From NCBI GenBank assembly GCA_964434285.1, contig CAYSUJ010000003.1, forward strand, positions 20,992 through 84,991: a stretch of DNA of 64,000 nucleotides, in the 5' to 3' direction. This DNA comes from an uncultured Candidatus Saccharibacteria bacterium (GTDB taxonomy: Bacteria; Patescibacteriota; Minisyncoccia; Phycocordibacterales; UBA2100). The stretch's first letter is position 1; each line of letters starts with the position of its first letter. The position numbers were made by a program, and so were the translations under genes. This document shows, piece after piece, positions 45,173-54,819 of this stretch. The notes under the pieces were generated by a model. That model was not told the DNA's origin, ran no database searches, and was given only the letters and a program-made list of their open reading frames with translations.

Positions 45173-46876
45173 ATGCTTGGCTCGCTTTCACTCTTTCGAC
45201 GCATCAACGATGTGCTTCGCACATTCTCACCCTTTGAGCGCCTGATGCTATACATACTATCGGTTGCACTTGCTGTTTCAGTAGGCTGGATTTTCGTTGC
45301 GCTCAGTGCGGCATTTGGCTCAGACGTACCTGCACGCGGCGGCGCATTTGTCGAGGGCGCGGTGGGTACTGCACGCTTCGTGAACCCACTTCTTGCAACC
45401 TCTCAATCAGATCAAGACCTTACAGCGCTCGTTTATTCAGGACTTGTGCGGTACATCGACGGATCCTTTCAACCAGATATTGCGGAGAGTTTCAGCATTT
45501 CAGAAGACGGTACGGAATATACGTTTCGTCTCAGAGAAGGGGCAACGTTCCACGATGGCGAACCTGTAACCGCAGAAGATGTGGTCTTCACAGTCTCTCG
45601 TGCAAAAGATCCTGCAGTGAAGAGTTCACGACGCGCTAATTGGGAAGGGGTGGAAGTACATGCCGATGACAATCGAACGGTGCGATTTACACTGCCAAAT
45701 GCGTACGCCCCGTTTATTGGAAATACTACGCTCGGCATTCTGCCCCAGCATTTGTGGGAAAATGTTCCATCGGATGAGTTCTCATTCGCCTCTCTCAACA
45801 CAAAGCCAATCGGAAGCGGCCCATACTATGTCGAAGATGTTTCGCTCGATCAGACTGGCGCTCCGACAGAGTATGTCCTTGAATCATTCGACGACTTTGC
45901 CCTTGGCAAAGCGCATGTGCGCGGCATCACGTATAGACTCTATGCTGATGATAAAGCTCTTCACGAGGCATTTACCACTGGTGAAATAGATAGTTTCCTA
46001 TCGCTCGCCCCTAAGGCGCTCCCCAGCGAAATAACAGATGAGGCACGCCTAGTGGAACTTTCTCTTGCGCGCGTTTTCGCAATATTTTTCAATCAGAACC
46101 ACGCTCCCGTTCTCGTAAATACCGCTGCACGACAAGCACTTGCTTCGAGTATCGATCGAGAAGCACTCGTTCAGCGCGTTCTCGGAGGATATGGACAAGT
46201 ACTCTCATCCCCAATTCCACCTGACACACTATCCATCGACAACAGTTCATCTTCTTCGATCTCGGGTGCGTCAATCTTGGAGAGCGACGGCTGGAAACAA
46301 GGGACTTCAAGCACATCACCCGATACTACTGCCTGGCAGCGCGGAAATTTAACACTCGCTTTCTCCCTCGCGACGGCAGATACGCCTGAACTCGTTGAGA
46401 CTGCTCAAATCATCGTCGATGCATGGCGCACGCTCGGGGTCGATGTCAAGCTCGAAACGTATCCTCTTTCCGAATTTAATCAGACAGTCTTGCGACCACG
46501 AGCATACGATGCGATTCTTTTTGGTGAAGTACTCACACGCCCCCTCGACCTCTTTGCATTCTGGCACTCATCGCAACGCAATGATCCCGGTCTGAACCTT
46601 GCACTCTACGCGAATGCATCCGCTGACAAAATCTTGACGGACGCTCGCGCAGAAGCCGATCAGGAGGCGCGCCGTGCACTCTATCAGTCATTTGTCGCGA
46701 CAGTGGAAGAAGACGTACCTGCCGTATTTCTATACGCACCAAACGCCGCATATATAGCACCCGCACACATAAACGGTCCCAGGCGCATGAGCGTGACAGT
46801 CCCCGCCGAACGCTTCCTATCCGTACACACTTGGTATCGCGATACGGAACATGTCTGGGATTTTTTCACGCAGTAA
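45173..46876 (+). CDS. ABC transporter substrate-binding protein, family 5 (peptide/nickel/oligosaccharide)
   Basis: SBP_bac_5 core (LVRYIDGSFQPDIAESFSISEDGTEYTFRLREGATFHDGEPVTAEDVVFT). N-terminal TM anchor instead of a lipobox. Confidence 0.8.
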   Translation: MLGSLSLFRRINDVLRTFSPFERLMLYILSVALAVSVGWIFVALSAAFGSDVPARGGAFVEGAVGTARFVNPLLATSQSDQDLTALVYSGLVRYIDGSFQPDIAESFSISEDGTEYTFRLREGATFHDGEPVTAEDVVFTVSRAKDPAVKSSRRANWEGVEVHADDNRTVRFTLPNAYAPFIGNTTLGILPQHLWENVPSDEFSFASLNTKPIGSGPYYVEDVSLDQTGAPTEYVLESFDDFALGKAHVRGITYRLYADDKALHEAFTTGEIDSFLSLAPKALPSEITDEARLVELSLARVFAIFFNQNHAPVLVNTAARQALASSIDREALVQRVLGGYGQVLSSPIPPDTLSIDNSSSSSISGASILESDGWKQGTSSTSPDTTAWQRGNLTLAFSLATADTPELVETAQIIVDAWRTLGVDVKLETYPLSEFNQTVLRPRAYDAILFGEVLTRPLDLFAFWHSSQRNDPGLNLALYANASADKILTDARAEADQEARRALYQSFVATVEEDVPAVFLYAPNAAYIAPAHINGPRRMSVTVPAERFLSVHTWYRDTEHVWDFFTQ

Positions 46877-46914
46877 TTAATTACTAATTTAGTAACTAAC
46901 AATCAGAAAGATTT

Positions 46915-48774
46915 ATGTTCAGTACAGGAAATTCCGGCCCTCGAGGCGGAGCACCTCGTAGGGGGCCTCATCCACACGGCGCACGCCGCCCTCGCCCACA
47001 TGGTCCTCACCATGCGCGCCCACGTGGTCCACGCCGCGGCAGTGTTCGCGTCGAGCACTCGTCTGCCCCACCCCGTCGCGATACCGCGCAGGTGCCACCC
47101 ATCAGCGAGAACACCGTGCGCATCGTTCCTCTAGGAGGTGTAGAAGAAATCGGCCGCAACATGACGGCAGTGGAAGTCGGCGATGACATTTACGTCCTCG
47201 ACGCAGGCTTCCAATTCAAGGAGGATGACACGCCGGGCATTGACTACATATTGCCAAACACGGGCTACTTGGAGCAGAACCGACACAAAGTGCGCGGTCT
47301 CCTTATCTCGCACGGCCACTTGGATCACATCGGCGGCATTCCCTACATCCTCGACCGCATCGGCAACCCCATGATCTACACACGCCGCCTAACGGGCATG
47401 ATGATCAAGAAGCGCCAGGAAGAGTTTGTAGGAAGCTCACCAATCCAAATTCGAGAAGTTGAAAAAGGCGAAACACTTAAATTAGGAAGCCACACGATAC
47501 GCTTCTTCGGTGTCACCCACACCGTGCCTGATTCCATGGGAATTATCATTGAGACCGCGTGGGGTGATGTTGTCTTCACGGGCGACATTAAGCTCAATCA
47601 CAAAGACGGCACACCTTCGGAGGAAGAGCAGCGCGAGTTCGGCATCTTCACAGAACGAAAAGTGCTCGCCCTTCTTATGGACTCAACAAACGTATGGCAG
47701 CCAGGGTTCTCGATTCCCGAATCAAACGTGTACGCAACCCTAGAGCGCATCATCACAGAAACGAATGGTCGCCTCATCATCGCCATGTTTGCTTCTCACC
47801 TCGAGCGCCTCATTCGCGTCATGCAGTTCGCTGAAGAAAACGCCAAAAAGGTGGTTATAGACGGTCGCTCCATGCGCACCAACATCGAAATCGCGCGCGA
47901 GCTTGGTCTCATCAAATACAAAGATGATACCGTCATCCAGGTGGAAGATATTGATCGCTTCCCTCCGGAGAAAGTGGTCATTCTCGCAACCGGCGCTCAG
48001 GGCGATGAATTTGCCTCGCTCGCACGCATTGGTAACAAATCACACAAGTATCTTCGCTTAAAGCCTACTGACACCATCGTGCTCTCGTCGTCGGTTATTC
48101 CCGGCAACGAACGCGCCGTGCAGAAACTCAAAGACAATCTTTCTCGTCAGGGGGCTCGCATTATTACGTACCACGCATCCGACGTGCACGCCTCAGGCCA
48201 TGGCAACCGTGAAGAAGCCGTGTGGATACACAAGCAGGTCCGCCCGAAGTTCTTCGTGCCCGTGCACGGCTACCACTATATGCTCCGCGTCCATGGAGAC
48301 GTCGCAGAGGAGTTGGGCATGCCCCGCTCGAACATCGTCATCCCTGACAACAGCGCCGTCATTGAGATAACGAACGGAGAGAAAATTGGTGTCCTTCCTG
48401 TAAGGGCGCCCCATGAACTTCGGGTTGTGGAGGGACACACCGTCTCCGAACTTTCCGATGTCTTGATGCGAGATCGCAAGGCACTCGGACAAGAAGGTTT
48501 CTGTGTCGTCGTCGCGACCGTGGATCGTCGCACGGGAAAACTGCACAAATCTCCTGACATCATCTCGCGAGGGTTCGTCTATCTTCGTGACAACAAAGAC
48601 CTCATGGATCAGACGCGACTTATCGTGCGCAAGAGCGTTGAAACAGCGATGCGCAATCCTCGTGCTGCCGATCTCGACCAGGCACGCGACGATCTCGCTG
48701 AAGACGTCGCACGCTTCCTGCTCTTGAAGACACAAAAGCGCCCGATCGTGATACCGGTGATTGTGAGTATATAG
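46915..48774 (+). CDS. rnj: Ribonuclease J with Arg/Pro/His-rich N-terminal extension
   Basis: Metallo-beta-lactamase HxHxDH (ISHGHLDHIGG), beta-CASP and the C-terminal RNase J domain. The first ~75 aa are low complexity (PRGGAPRRGPHPHGARRPRPHGPHHARPRGPRRG). Confidence 0.85.
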   Translation: MFSTGNSGPRGGAPRRGPHPHGARRPRPHGPHHARPRGPRRGSVRVEHSSAPPRRDTAQVPPISENTVRIVPLGGVEEIGRNMTAVEVGDDIYVLDAGFQFKEDDTPGIDYILPNTGYLEQNRHKVRGLLISHGHLDHIGGIPYILDRIGNPMIYTRRLTGMMIKKRQEEFVGSSPIQIREVEKGETLKLGSHTIRFFGVTHTVPDSMGIIIETAWGDVVFTGDIKLNHKDGTPSEEEQREFGIFTERKVLALLMDSTNVWQPGFSIPESNVYATLERIITETNGRLIIAMFASHLERLIRVMQFAEENAKKVVIDGRSMRTNIEIARELGLIKYKDDTVIQVEDIDRFPPEKVVILATGAQGDEFASLARIGNKSHKYLRLKPTDTIVLSSSVIPGNERAVQKLKDNLSRQGARIITYHASDVHASGHGNREEAVWIHKQVRPKFFVPVHGYHYMLRVHGDVAEELGMPRSNIVIPDNSAVIEITNGEKIGVLPVRAPHELRVVEGHTVSELSDVLMRDRKALGQEGFCVVVATVDRRTGKLHKSPDIISRGFVYLRDNKDLMDQTRLIVRKSVETAMRNPRAADLDQARDDLAEDVARFLLLKTQKRPIVIPVIVSI

Positions 48775-48977
48775 AGAAAGGCCTGGATTGCTCCAGGCCT
48801 TTTGCATTCTCCTCATGCGACCATGACGACAAAGAATAGTAGCGCAAGCCAAAGCGTTGCAAGCAAGAAGCCAACATGTGCAGCTTCTTGTCGGATATCC
48901 GGGTCATCGTCGCTGCGAGTGAGCAGGAAGAATAGTCGCTGAAAATAGCGCATGTCATTCTCCTTTCCTCTCTGAGA

Positions 48978-49850
48978 CTAGCGAGAATCGCCCGATCCTG
49001 CAAGCTCCCACCGCGAGCCCTTTCGTACGATCATACCCTCACGCTTGAGTGCTGCAAGCACACTGATGCCCGTAGATGCATGAACACCCTTTAAGAGGAT
49101 CGACGTCCGTAATGATCCCGTAAGAAGCGCACGCACAATCTTTCCGCGAATTTGACGCGAGGAACCTTCAAAGCGCGATTGGCGCACGTGATGCGCACTG
49201 CGCCGAGACGGATTAGAGGTCTGTTTTTTCAGATATGACCCGTAGTCCATGAGAGCTGCATACCATTCGCGGGGACTCTCTGCGCGCGCAATAGCCTTTT
49301 GTAACATTGGCATCAATGTCGTATCTGATACATTCGTCGATCGTGGTAAAAAATGATAGATAAGTGCCGCACGAATATTGGTCTCGACGATGATGTCTGG
49401 TCTGTTAAATGCAAAAACCCTGACTGCGCCCGCTGTGTACGCACCAACACCGGGAAGTGCACGAAGAGCGATCGCGTCCTTCGGGACTCTGCCGCCGTGC
49501 TTCTGCATGATCACCTTCGCGCACTCGCGAAGCATCTTAGCGCGGCGATTGTACCCAAGTCCGCTCCACTCTTGTAAAACTTCAGCAAGTGAAGATTCTG
49601 TGAGCCTCCTCACCGTCGGGAATCTTTTCATCCAACGCTTGAAATACGGTATAACTCTGTCTACCTGAGTTTGCTGTAGCATAATCTCAGAAACGAGAAT
49701 CGCGTACGGATCGTGCGTGCGCCGCCACGGAAGATCATGGCGGCCGTTTTCTTTCCAGTATTCCCAGACTTCTTTTTGAAAGTTTTGGATTTTGAATTGC
49801 ACTTTAGCTTTTTGACTTTTACCTTTTGATTTAGAGCTCATATATAACAT
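48978..49850 (-). CDS. MutY-like HhH-GPD DNA glycosylase lacking the 4Fe-4S cysteine cluster, with C-terminal winged-helix-like extension
   Basis: The MutY N-terminal signature ([45 protein letters not shown]...[13 protein letters not shown]...[12 protein letters not shown]) is present. There are no Cys in the region where the FCL motif should be. Confidence 0.7.
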   Translation of the reverse strand: [290 protein letters not shown]

Positions 49851-50523
49851 CCTTTCTCTCCACCACCACCTTCCAGTTTTCTCGCTTCGCGTGTCGATAG
49901 AGCTTCATGTTTGGGTTAAAACAGATTGGTTCTTCCACTAGTTCTAGAAATGGAATGTCGCTCTCTGTATCCCCCACGCCAATTGACCCCATAAGCGTCA
50001 AAAGCTCTTTTTCAACAGCACGGTGGACGATTGCCGCTTTATTAAAAATGAGATGTTCGTCAACAATGTTCCCCGTAAACGCGTCCTCTGCTCCCGTCTC
50101 ATAGATGGTTCCGTACACTTTATCGAAGCCGAGACCGGGACAAAACTTATCTAAAATGGTCTTCGGCGAGTGTGATATCGCAAGCAGAAAGAAACCTTCG
50201 CCCTTTAATTTTTTTAGCAAATCGCGTGTGTACCGATAGACTCTTTTGGAATGCTCGTCAACGACATGTCCGGCAGCATCGGCAAGTATGTGATATTTCA
50301 TTCCTTTGAGATGTTTCAAAAACGCATGTACCACCGCCTGAATGTACTCTTCATACCCCCCTTCCCGATTGAGCCAGCGCTCATGTTCGATCTCAAACTC
50401 ATCGCGCACGTCTTCCGAAAAGGCTCCCACAAAAATGAGTCGATCAACGATCTCGATCAGGAGTGAGGAACGAAAGATGGTTCCGTCCACGTCAAAAATA
50501 GCAACGCGCCCCCTGTCTTGCAT
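49831..50523 (-). CDS. HAD-superfamily hydrolase
   Basis: Motif I AIFDVDGTI at the N-terminus plus downstream S/T and K, D-D motifs of the HAD phosphatase fold. Confidence 0.7.
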   Translation of the reverse strand: MQDRGRVAIFDVDGTIFRSSLLIEIVDRLIFVGAFSEDVRDEFEIEHERWLNREGGYEEYIQAVVHAFLKHLKGMKYHILADAAGHVVDEHSKRVYRYTRDLLKKLKGEGFFLLAISHSPKTILDKFCPGLGFDKVYGTIYETGAEDAFTGNIVDEHLIFNKAAIVHRAVEKELLTLMGSIGVGDTESDIPFLELVEEPICFNPNMKLYRHAKRENWKVVVERKDVIYEL

Positions 50524-50946
50524 GCCCCTATACTACACATTTGTTCTGTTATTGCGAAGTTAATGAAAATCATGCAGTATGGGTCAGGAACAACCATATC
50601 GATGGAGTGTCAAATGAGGGATCTTTGCATCTACCTGCCAAACGGGAAAGAAATCACTCCCCGGATTCTCTTGGAAGAGTACCCGAAATGGTTCGATCCC
50701 GAGATGGTCCAGGCCATGGCCTCTTCGTTGCCAGAAGAATGGGCCACGTGGGGTCTAACTAGTGGGGACTGGCGCGCATACGATCAGTGGGCGAGTCGGT
50801 ACGCAACACTACTCGGCGAATCGAAGGAGTGGTGCTACATGTTGGGACTCGTTGGCACTGCCAGAAAGCAAAATCTCGTAATGGAGGCTTTGCTCGCCCG
50901 GTTCATAAATATGCCAGGAGCGGCACAAGCAATATTCGAAGCATGA
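50518..50946 (+). CDS. Hypothetical protein (142 aa)
   Basis: Trp-rich ORF. The start is uncertain because several in-frame Met are available. No family recognised. Confidence 0.35.
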   Translation: MHAPILHICSVIAKLMKIMQYGSGTTISMECQMRDLCIYLPNGKEITPRILLEEYPKWFDPEMVQAMASSLPEEWATWGLTSGDWRAYDQWASRYATLLGESKEWCYMLGLVGTARKQNLVMEALLARFINMPGAAQAIFEA

Positions 50947-50954
50947 ACGCGGTC

Positions 50955-51602
50955 TCATGCCCGTGGCCAGCGGCTCCCAGCCGCTGGCCACAATTTTGTA
51001 AGTGGGTGCGCATCGCACGCATGCTTCCGCGCCGTGCATACATACCGGCCATACAGTACGAGCCCATTATTGACGTATTTCCAATCTTTTTGGGGAATCA
51101 GTGCCTCAAGATCGTGAGAAATTTTTTTGAGATCACTATGTTTCGAAAGGTCAAACTTGCGCGCGAATCGTTTTACATGAGTATCCGTAGGTATCCCCTC
51201 CCAAATGTCGTAGAGTTCGCCCAAAATGACGTGTGCGGTTTTGTAGCCGACTCCTGGTAGTTTCTGGAGCTCCGCCGCAACGCGCGGCACTGTGCCGCCA
51301 AAATCGTCTGCAACGATTTTGGCGGTCATACGAATGTGACGCGCTTTGTTCCTGAAGAAAGGAATTGCAGCAAGCTCGCGCTCAAAAGTCGCGGGATGCG
51401 CCTGTGCAAAGTCCGCAGCATTTTTGTACTTCTTAAAGAGTGTTGCGGTGAGTTTGTTTACCGCCTTATCCGTGCATTGCGCCGACAACACCACCGCAAC
51501 AAGAAATTGAAACGGGGTGTGATAAACCAACTCACTCTTGGGTAAGGGGTACAAGCGCTTTAATCGCGCAACGATAGTTCTCGCTCGCTGCCGCTTGTCC
51601 AT
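50955..51602 (-). CDS. nth: Endonuclease III (Nth) family DNA glycosylase/AP lyase
   Basis: HhH-GPD core with LPGVGYKTAHV and catalytic Lys/Asp positions. The C-terminal Fe-S motif is degenerate (only CTARKHAC). Confidence 0.8.
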   Translation of the reverse strand: MDKRQRARTIVARLKRLYPLPKSELVYHTPFQFLVAVVLSAQCTDKAVNKLTATLFKKYKNAADFAQAHPATFERELAAIPFFRNKARHIRMTAKIVADDFGGTVPRVAAELQKLPGVGYKTAHVILGELYDIWEGIPTDTHVKRFARKFDLSKHSDLKKISHDLEALIPQKDWKYVNNGLVLYGRYVCTARKHACDAHPLTKLWPAAGSRWPRA

Positions 51603-51607
51603 GACAC

Positions 51608-52081
51608 TTACTGAATCACTATCGGTAGCGATACCGACGCCGCATTCTCAGGAAGACCCGAAGGATTGTCATTGCGCAAGATGAGCGTTGCAAAACCAGA
51701 ATAGTTTGGAACAGTAACGACGAACGCAAAGGGAACAAATTCAGGTGTCATCCACTCACCACTCGCAGTGACAGGACCCTGTGCAAGTATCTTCCCTGCA
51801 CTATCGACGACTTCGTATGGAAAATTTGCCTCAAAATACCAGCCGCCTCGTGCCGCTCCCCGGACATTGAATGTCGAAGAAACCTCTGCCCCCGGAAGAG
51901 GTGTGTCCACACGAATCGTATCGGCAGTAGCATTTTCGTACGTCGCGCGCACCTCAGGTTCGGGCTCCGGTATAGAATCGCGAGGTATTGGTGTCGGCTC
52001 AGGCATCACGAATCCACCCATATACCACACCCCAAGACCAAATGAGAGAATTGCGACTACAAGGACAACGAGATATCTCAT
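51608..52081 (-). CDS. Gmad2/GerMN-like immunoglobulin-fold secreted protein
   Basis: TM anchor then a beta-rich domain resembling the Gmad2 Ig-like domain. Start trimmed to MRYLVVL (ATG at 52081), which overlaps the upstream gene stop by 4 nt. Confidence 0.45.
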   Translation of the reverse strand: MRYLVVLVVAILSFGLGVWYMGGFVMPEPTPIPRDSIPEPEPEVRATYENATADTIRVDTPLPGAEVSSTFNVRGAARGGWYFEANFPYEVVDSAGKILAQGPVTASGEWMTPEFVPFAFVVTVPNYSGFATLILRNDNPSGLPENAASVSLPIVIQ

Positions 52082-52509
52082 TGCTGCAGTGTACCCCGAA
52101 GGCGCCTCTCCACAAGCGATGCAATAAAGACACTGAGCGGAAGAAGGACCGCCATCTGTACAAGGGGTGAAAGCCCTAATGGACCAATCATCGGCATAGC
52201 TTCGGTGTACGCCCACCTTCCGAGAGCCATGGCTTTGTATTCGACGAAAAGAGCAATTGCGAGACCCATGAAGGCGAGACCGACATATGCCTGAGCGCGT
52301 GGACGAATGAACCACGTGAGGCAACCAGTAAAGAATGATACGAAAAGTACTGCGCCGAGAGTGTAGGCGACATCCCCAAGTGTCGCGAAAAGATACACAG
52401 GAAATATTCCCTCCATCGCCTCATACCCCGTGTAAAGGACGATGTGAGAGCGTTCCCACAGAAAATGGAGGAGAAACGCAATAAACGAAAGTGTCGCGTA
52501 AACACGCAT
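52078..52509 (-). CDS. Hypothetical membrane protein (143 aa, 4 TM)
   Basis: Hydrophobic ORF, operonic with flanking genes. No family recognised. Confidence 0.45.
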   Translation of the reverse strand: MRVYATLSFIAFLLHFLWERSHIVLYTGYEAMEGIFPVYLFATLGDVAYTLGAVLFVSFFTGCLTWFIRPRAQAYVGLAFMGLAIALFVEYKAMALGRWAYTEAMPMIGPLGLSPLVQMAVLLPLSVFIASLVERRLRGTLQQ

Positions 52510-52512
52510 ACA

Positions 52513-53484
52513 CTAGAGTGACGCGAGCACTTTCGCGAGTTTCTCCGGGCTATGTCTGATGAGCGAGCGCTGCAACGCGTCTCCCTTGGTTTTTTCTGAT
52601 ACGCCATCGGCAAGCACATCGGCGCCAATGAACACTCGCGGACTTGAAAATGCCGCCTCATCAAAGCTCAGTGGCTCACCTTCATCGGCATATTTCTTGA
52701 CGAGCGCCGCAGGAGGAGCCTTAGTATTATAGACAACAGTGTCGAAAATCCCTTCTTTGCCAATGATGTCTTCGAGCACGCGAACATAGTCAGCGACAGT
52801 GAAGTCGTCAGCGTGACCATGGCGATTCATCAAATTTGCAATGTACACCTTGCGCGCCTTGGATTTTATAAATGCCTCAGAAAATCCTTCAACCAAAAAG
52901 TTAGGAACAAGTGACGTGTAAATGTCGCCGGGCCCGACTATGATCAGATCTGCTTCTTTCAAAGCCTTGAGGGCCTTTGGGTGCATGGTCGCCTTCGGTT
53001 TAAGGAACATCTTTTTTATCCCGAATTTCGAAACAAGCTGGTATTCACCGAGCGCATCTTCACCTTCAATAATTTTCCCGTTATTGAGCTCGGTCATGAG
53101 CTTTGCATGATCCAGGGTCACAGGAATGACCTTGCCCTTTATGTTAAGAATGGTGCCGGTGACATCGAGTGCCTTGTCAATTGAGCCAGTGATTTTTTCG
53201 AGTGTGGAAATAAAAAGATTACCGAAACTATGTCCGTCGAGCCCCCCGTTTTCATACCGATGACTAAAGAGTTCACGCATCAAGGTCCCACTCTCGCCGA
53301 GCGCGATGAGCGATTGGCGCAAATCCCCCGGTGGAAGTACCCCCATTTCATCGCGAAGGCGGCCTGTCGAGCCACCATCGTCGAACATGGTGACAATTGC
53401 GGAGAGCTCGACCGGGTAGCGCTTGAGTCCGAGTAGCACTCCAAATCGCCCCGTCCCGCCCCCGATCGTGACTATTTTCTTCAT
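52513..53484 (-). CDS. yvcK: YvcK/CofD-family (UPF0052) gluconeogenesis factor
   Basis: N-terminal IVTIGGGTG nucleotide-binding signature and the overall UPF0052 fold. Confidence 0.8.
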   Translation of the reverse strand: MKKIVTIGGGTGRFGVLLGLKRYPVELSAIVTMFDDGGSTGRLRDEMGVLPPGDLRQSLIALGESGTLMRELFSHRYENGGLDGHSFGNLFISTLEKITGSIDKALDVTGTILNIKGKVIPVTLDHAKLMTELNNGKIIEGEDALGEYQLVSKFGIKKMFLKPKATMHPKALKALKEADLIIVGPGDIYTSLVPNFLVEGFSEAFIKSKARKVYIANLMNRHGHADDFTVADYVRVLEDIIGKEGIFDTVVYNTKAPPAALVKKYADEGEPLSFDEAAFSSPRVFIGADVLADGVSEKTKGDALQRSLIRHSPEKLAKVLASL

Positions 53485-53559
53485 CTAGTCACTATACCTG
53501 TGCATAACCCCTCGCGCCACCCTTGCGCCTTTCCCACCCCTTGCTATGCTCTTCGGTAC

Positions 53560-53665
53560 ACCCCCAATACATCAAGAGCGCGATTAGAGTTCTGGCTCAG
53601 AGTCGCCCCCAACCCCGAAACTCGGAAGGTGGGAAACCAGTCCTTCGGGAAGATGCACTATTTAG
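53560..53665 (+). promoter_or_regulatory. Structured metK leader, possibly a SAM-I-like riboswitch with SD-sequestering hairpin
   Basis: AUCAAGAG (SAM-I J1/2-like) at 53571-53578, a CCAACC/GGUG segment, and AAGAUG ~75 nt downstream that could close P1. Immediately before the start codon, UCUCCC-GUAU-GGGGGA pairs the GGGGGA Shine-Dalgarno. I could not verify the full consensus by eye. Confidence 0.35.
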
Positions 53666-53697
53666 ATGTCTCCCGTATGGGGGATAATTTTTTTATC

Positions 53698-54750
53698 ATG
53701 CTGCACTTATTGAAAACTTACACGACAGAAAGCGTCACGAGCGGTCACCCCGATAAGGTGTGCGACCAAATATCAGATGCGATTCTCGATGCCTGCCTTG
53801 AACAAGACCCACGCTCGCGCGTCGCGGTGGAAACGTTTGGTTCGCACGGCACACTCATGATCGGCGGCGAAGTGACGACGAACGCAAAAGTGGACATGGC
53901 AAAGATTGCCGAGAATGTCTACAAATCAATTGGCTACACACAAAAATTGAAGATCTTGAATACGGTCGCGAAACAATCAAACGACATTGCACAAGGTGTC
54001 GACACCGGTGGCGCTGGCGATCAAGGCATCATGTATGGCTATGCGACAAACGAGACGAAGGAGATGCTTCCACTCGGCGTCGTGCTATCGCACGCACTCG
54101 CCCGTCGCCTTGAAAAGCTTCGCCGTGACAAGACCTGCCCTTGGATAAAGCCTGACGGCAAGACACAGGTAACGATTAAAGATGGCAAGGTTGTGACCGC
54201 GCTTTGCTCAACACAGCACGCAAAGAACATCTCCCAAGCTGATATTCGCAAAGATCTAACCAAACACCTCTTTAAGCCAGTGCTTGGTGATTTGAAAGGA
54301 ATCGAAATCCTCGTAAACCCAACGGGCAAGTTCGAAATCGGTGGATTCGAAGCAGACGCGGGGCTCACCGGCCGCAAGATCATGGTTGATACGTATGGCG
54401 GTCTTATGCCGCACGGTGGTGGTGCGTTTTCAGGCAAAGACGCGACGAAGGTTGATCGTTCTGCAGCCTACATGTGCCGCTTTGTCGCCAAAAATCTCGT
54501 CGCAAATGGCTGTGGTAAAAAGGTGCTCGTAACGGTCGCGTATGCCATTGGTCGTGTCGAGCCCGTTATGGTTGAGGCATTCAACGAAAAAGGAAAAGAC
54601 CTCTCAAAAATCGTGCACAAGCACTTCGACTTTCGCCCGAAAGCGATCATCGAGCGACTCGAACTGCGCACGCCTATCTTCCGCGAAACTGCCGCGTACG
54701 GCCACTTCGGAGTCGAGGGGCGACCATGGGAAAAGGTGGAGAAATTGTAA
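53698..54750 (+). CDS. metK: Methionine adenosyltransferase, bacterial type
   Basis: The ESVTSGHPDKVCDQISDAILD N-terminal signature. GAGDQG, central and C-terminal MetK domains are present. Start set at the ATG preceded by GGGGGA. Confidence 0.9.
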   Translation: MLHLLKTYTTESVTSGHPDKVCDQISDAILDACLEQDPRSRVAVETFGSHGTLMIGGEVTTNAKVDMAKIAENVYKSIGYTQKLKILNTVAKQSNDIAQGVDTGGAGDQGIMYGYATNETKEMLPLGVVLSHALARRLEKLRRDKTCPWIKPDGKTQVTIKDGKVVTALCSTQHAKNISQADIRKDLTKHLFKPVLGDLKGIEILVNPTGKFEIGGFEADAGLTGRKIMVDTYGGLMPHGGGAFSGKDATKVDRSAAYMCRFVAKNLVANGCGKKVLVTVAYAIGRVEPVMVEAFNEKGKDLSKIVHKHFDFRPKAIIERLELRTPIFRETAAYGHFGVEGRPWEKVEKL

Positions 54751-54819
54751 GGAATCTATCGCACAGCTTTCGCGTATTTAAAAATTGCCCCGCGCTTCCC
54801 AGCGCGGGGCATCAAGTCG

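Noticed and set aside
48193-48852. 219-aa ORF antisense to the 3' part of the RNase J gene
   Set aside because: RNase J is unambiguous on the + strand. This is a shadow ORF with Arg/Cys/His-rich composition.
54039-54437. 132-aa ORF antisense to metK
   Set aside because: A shadow ORF inside a highly conserved gene.
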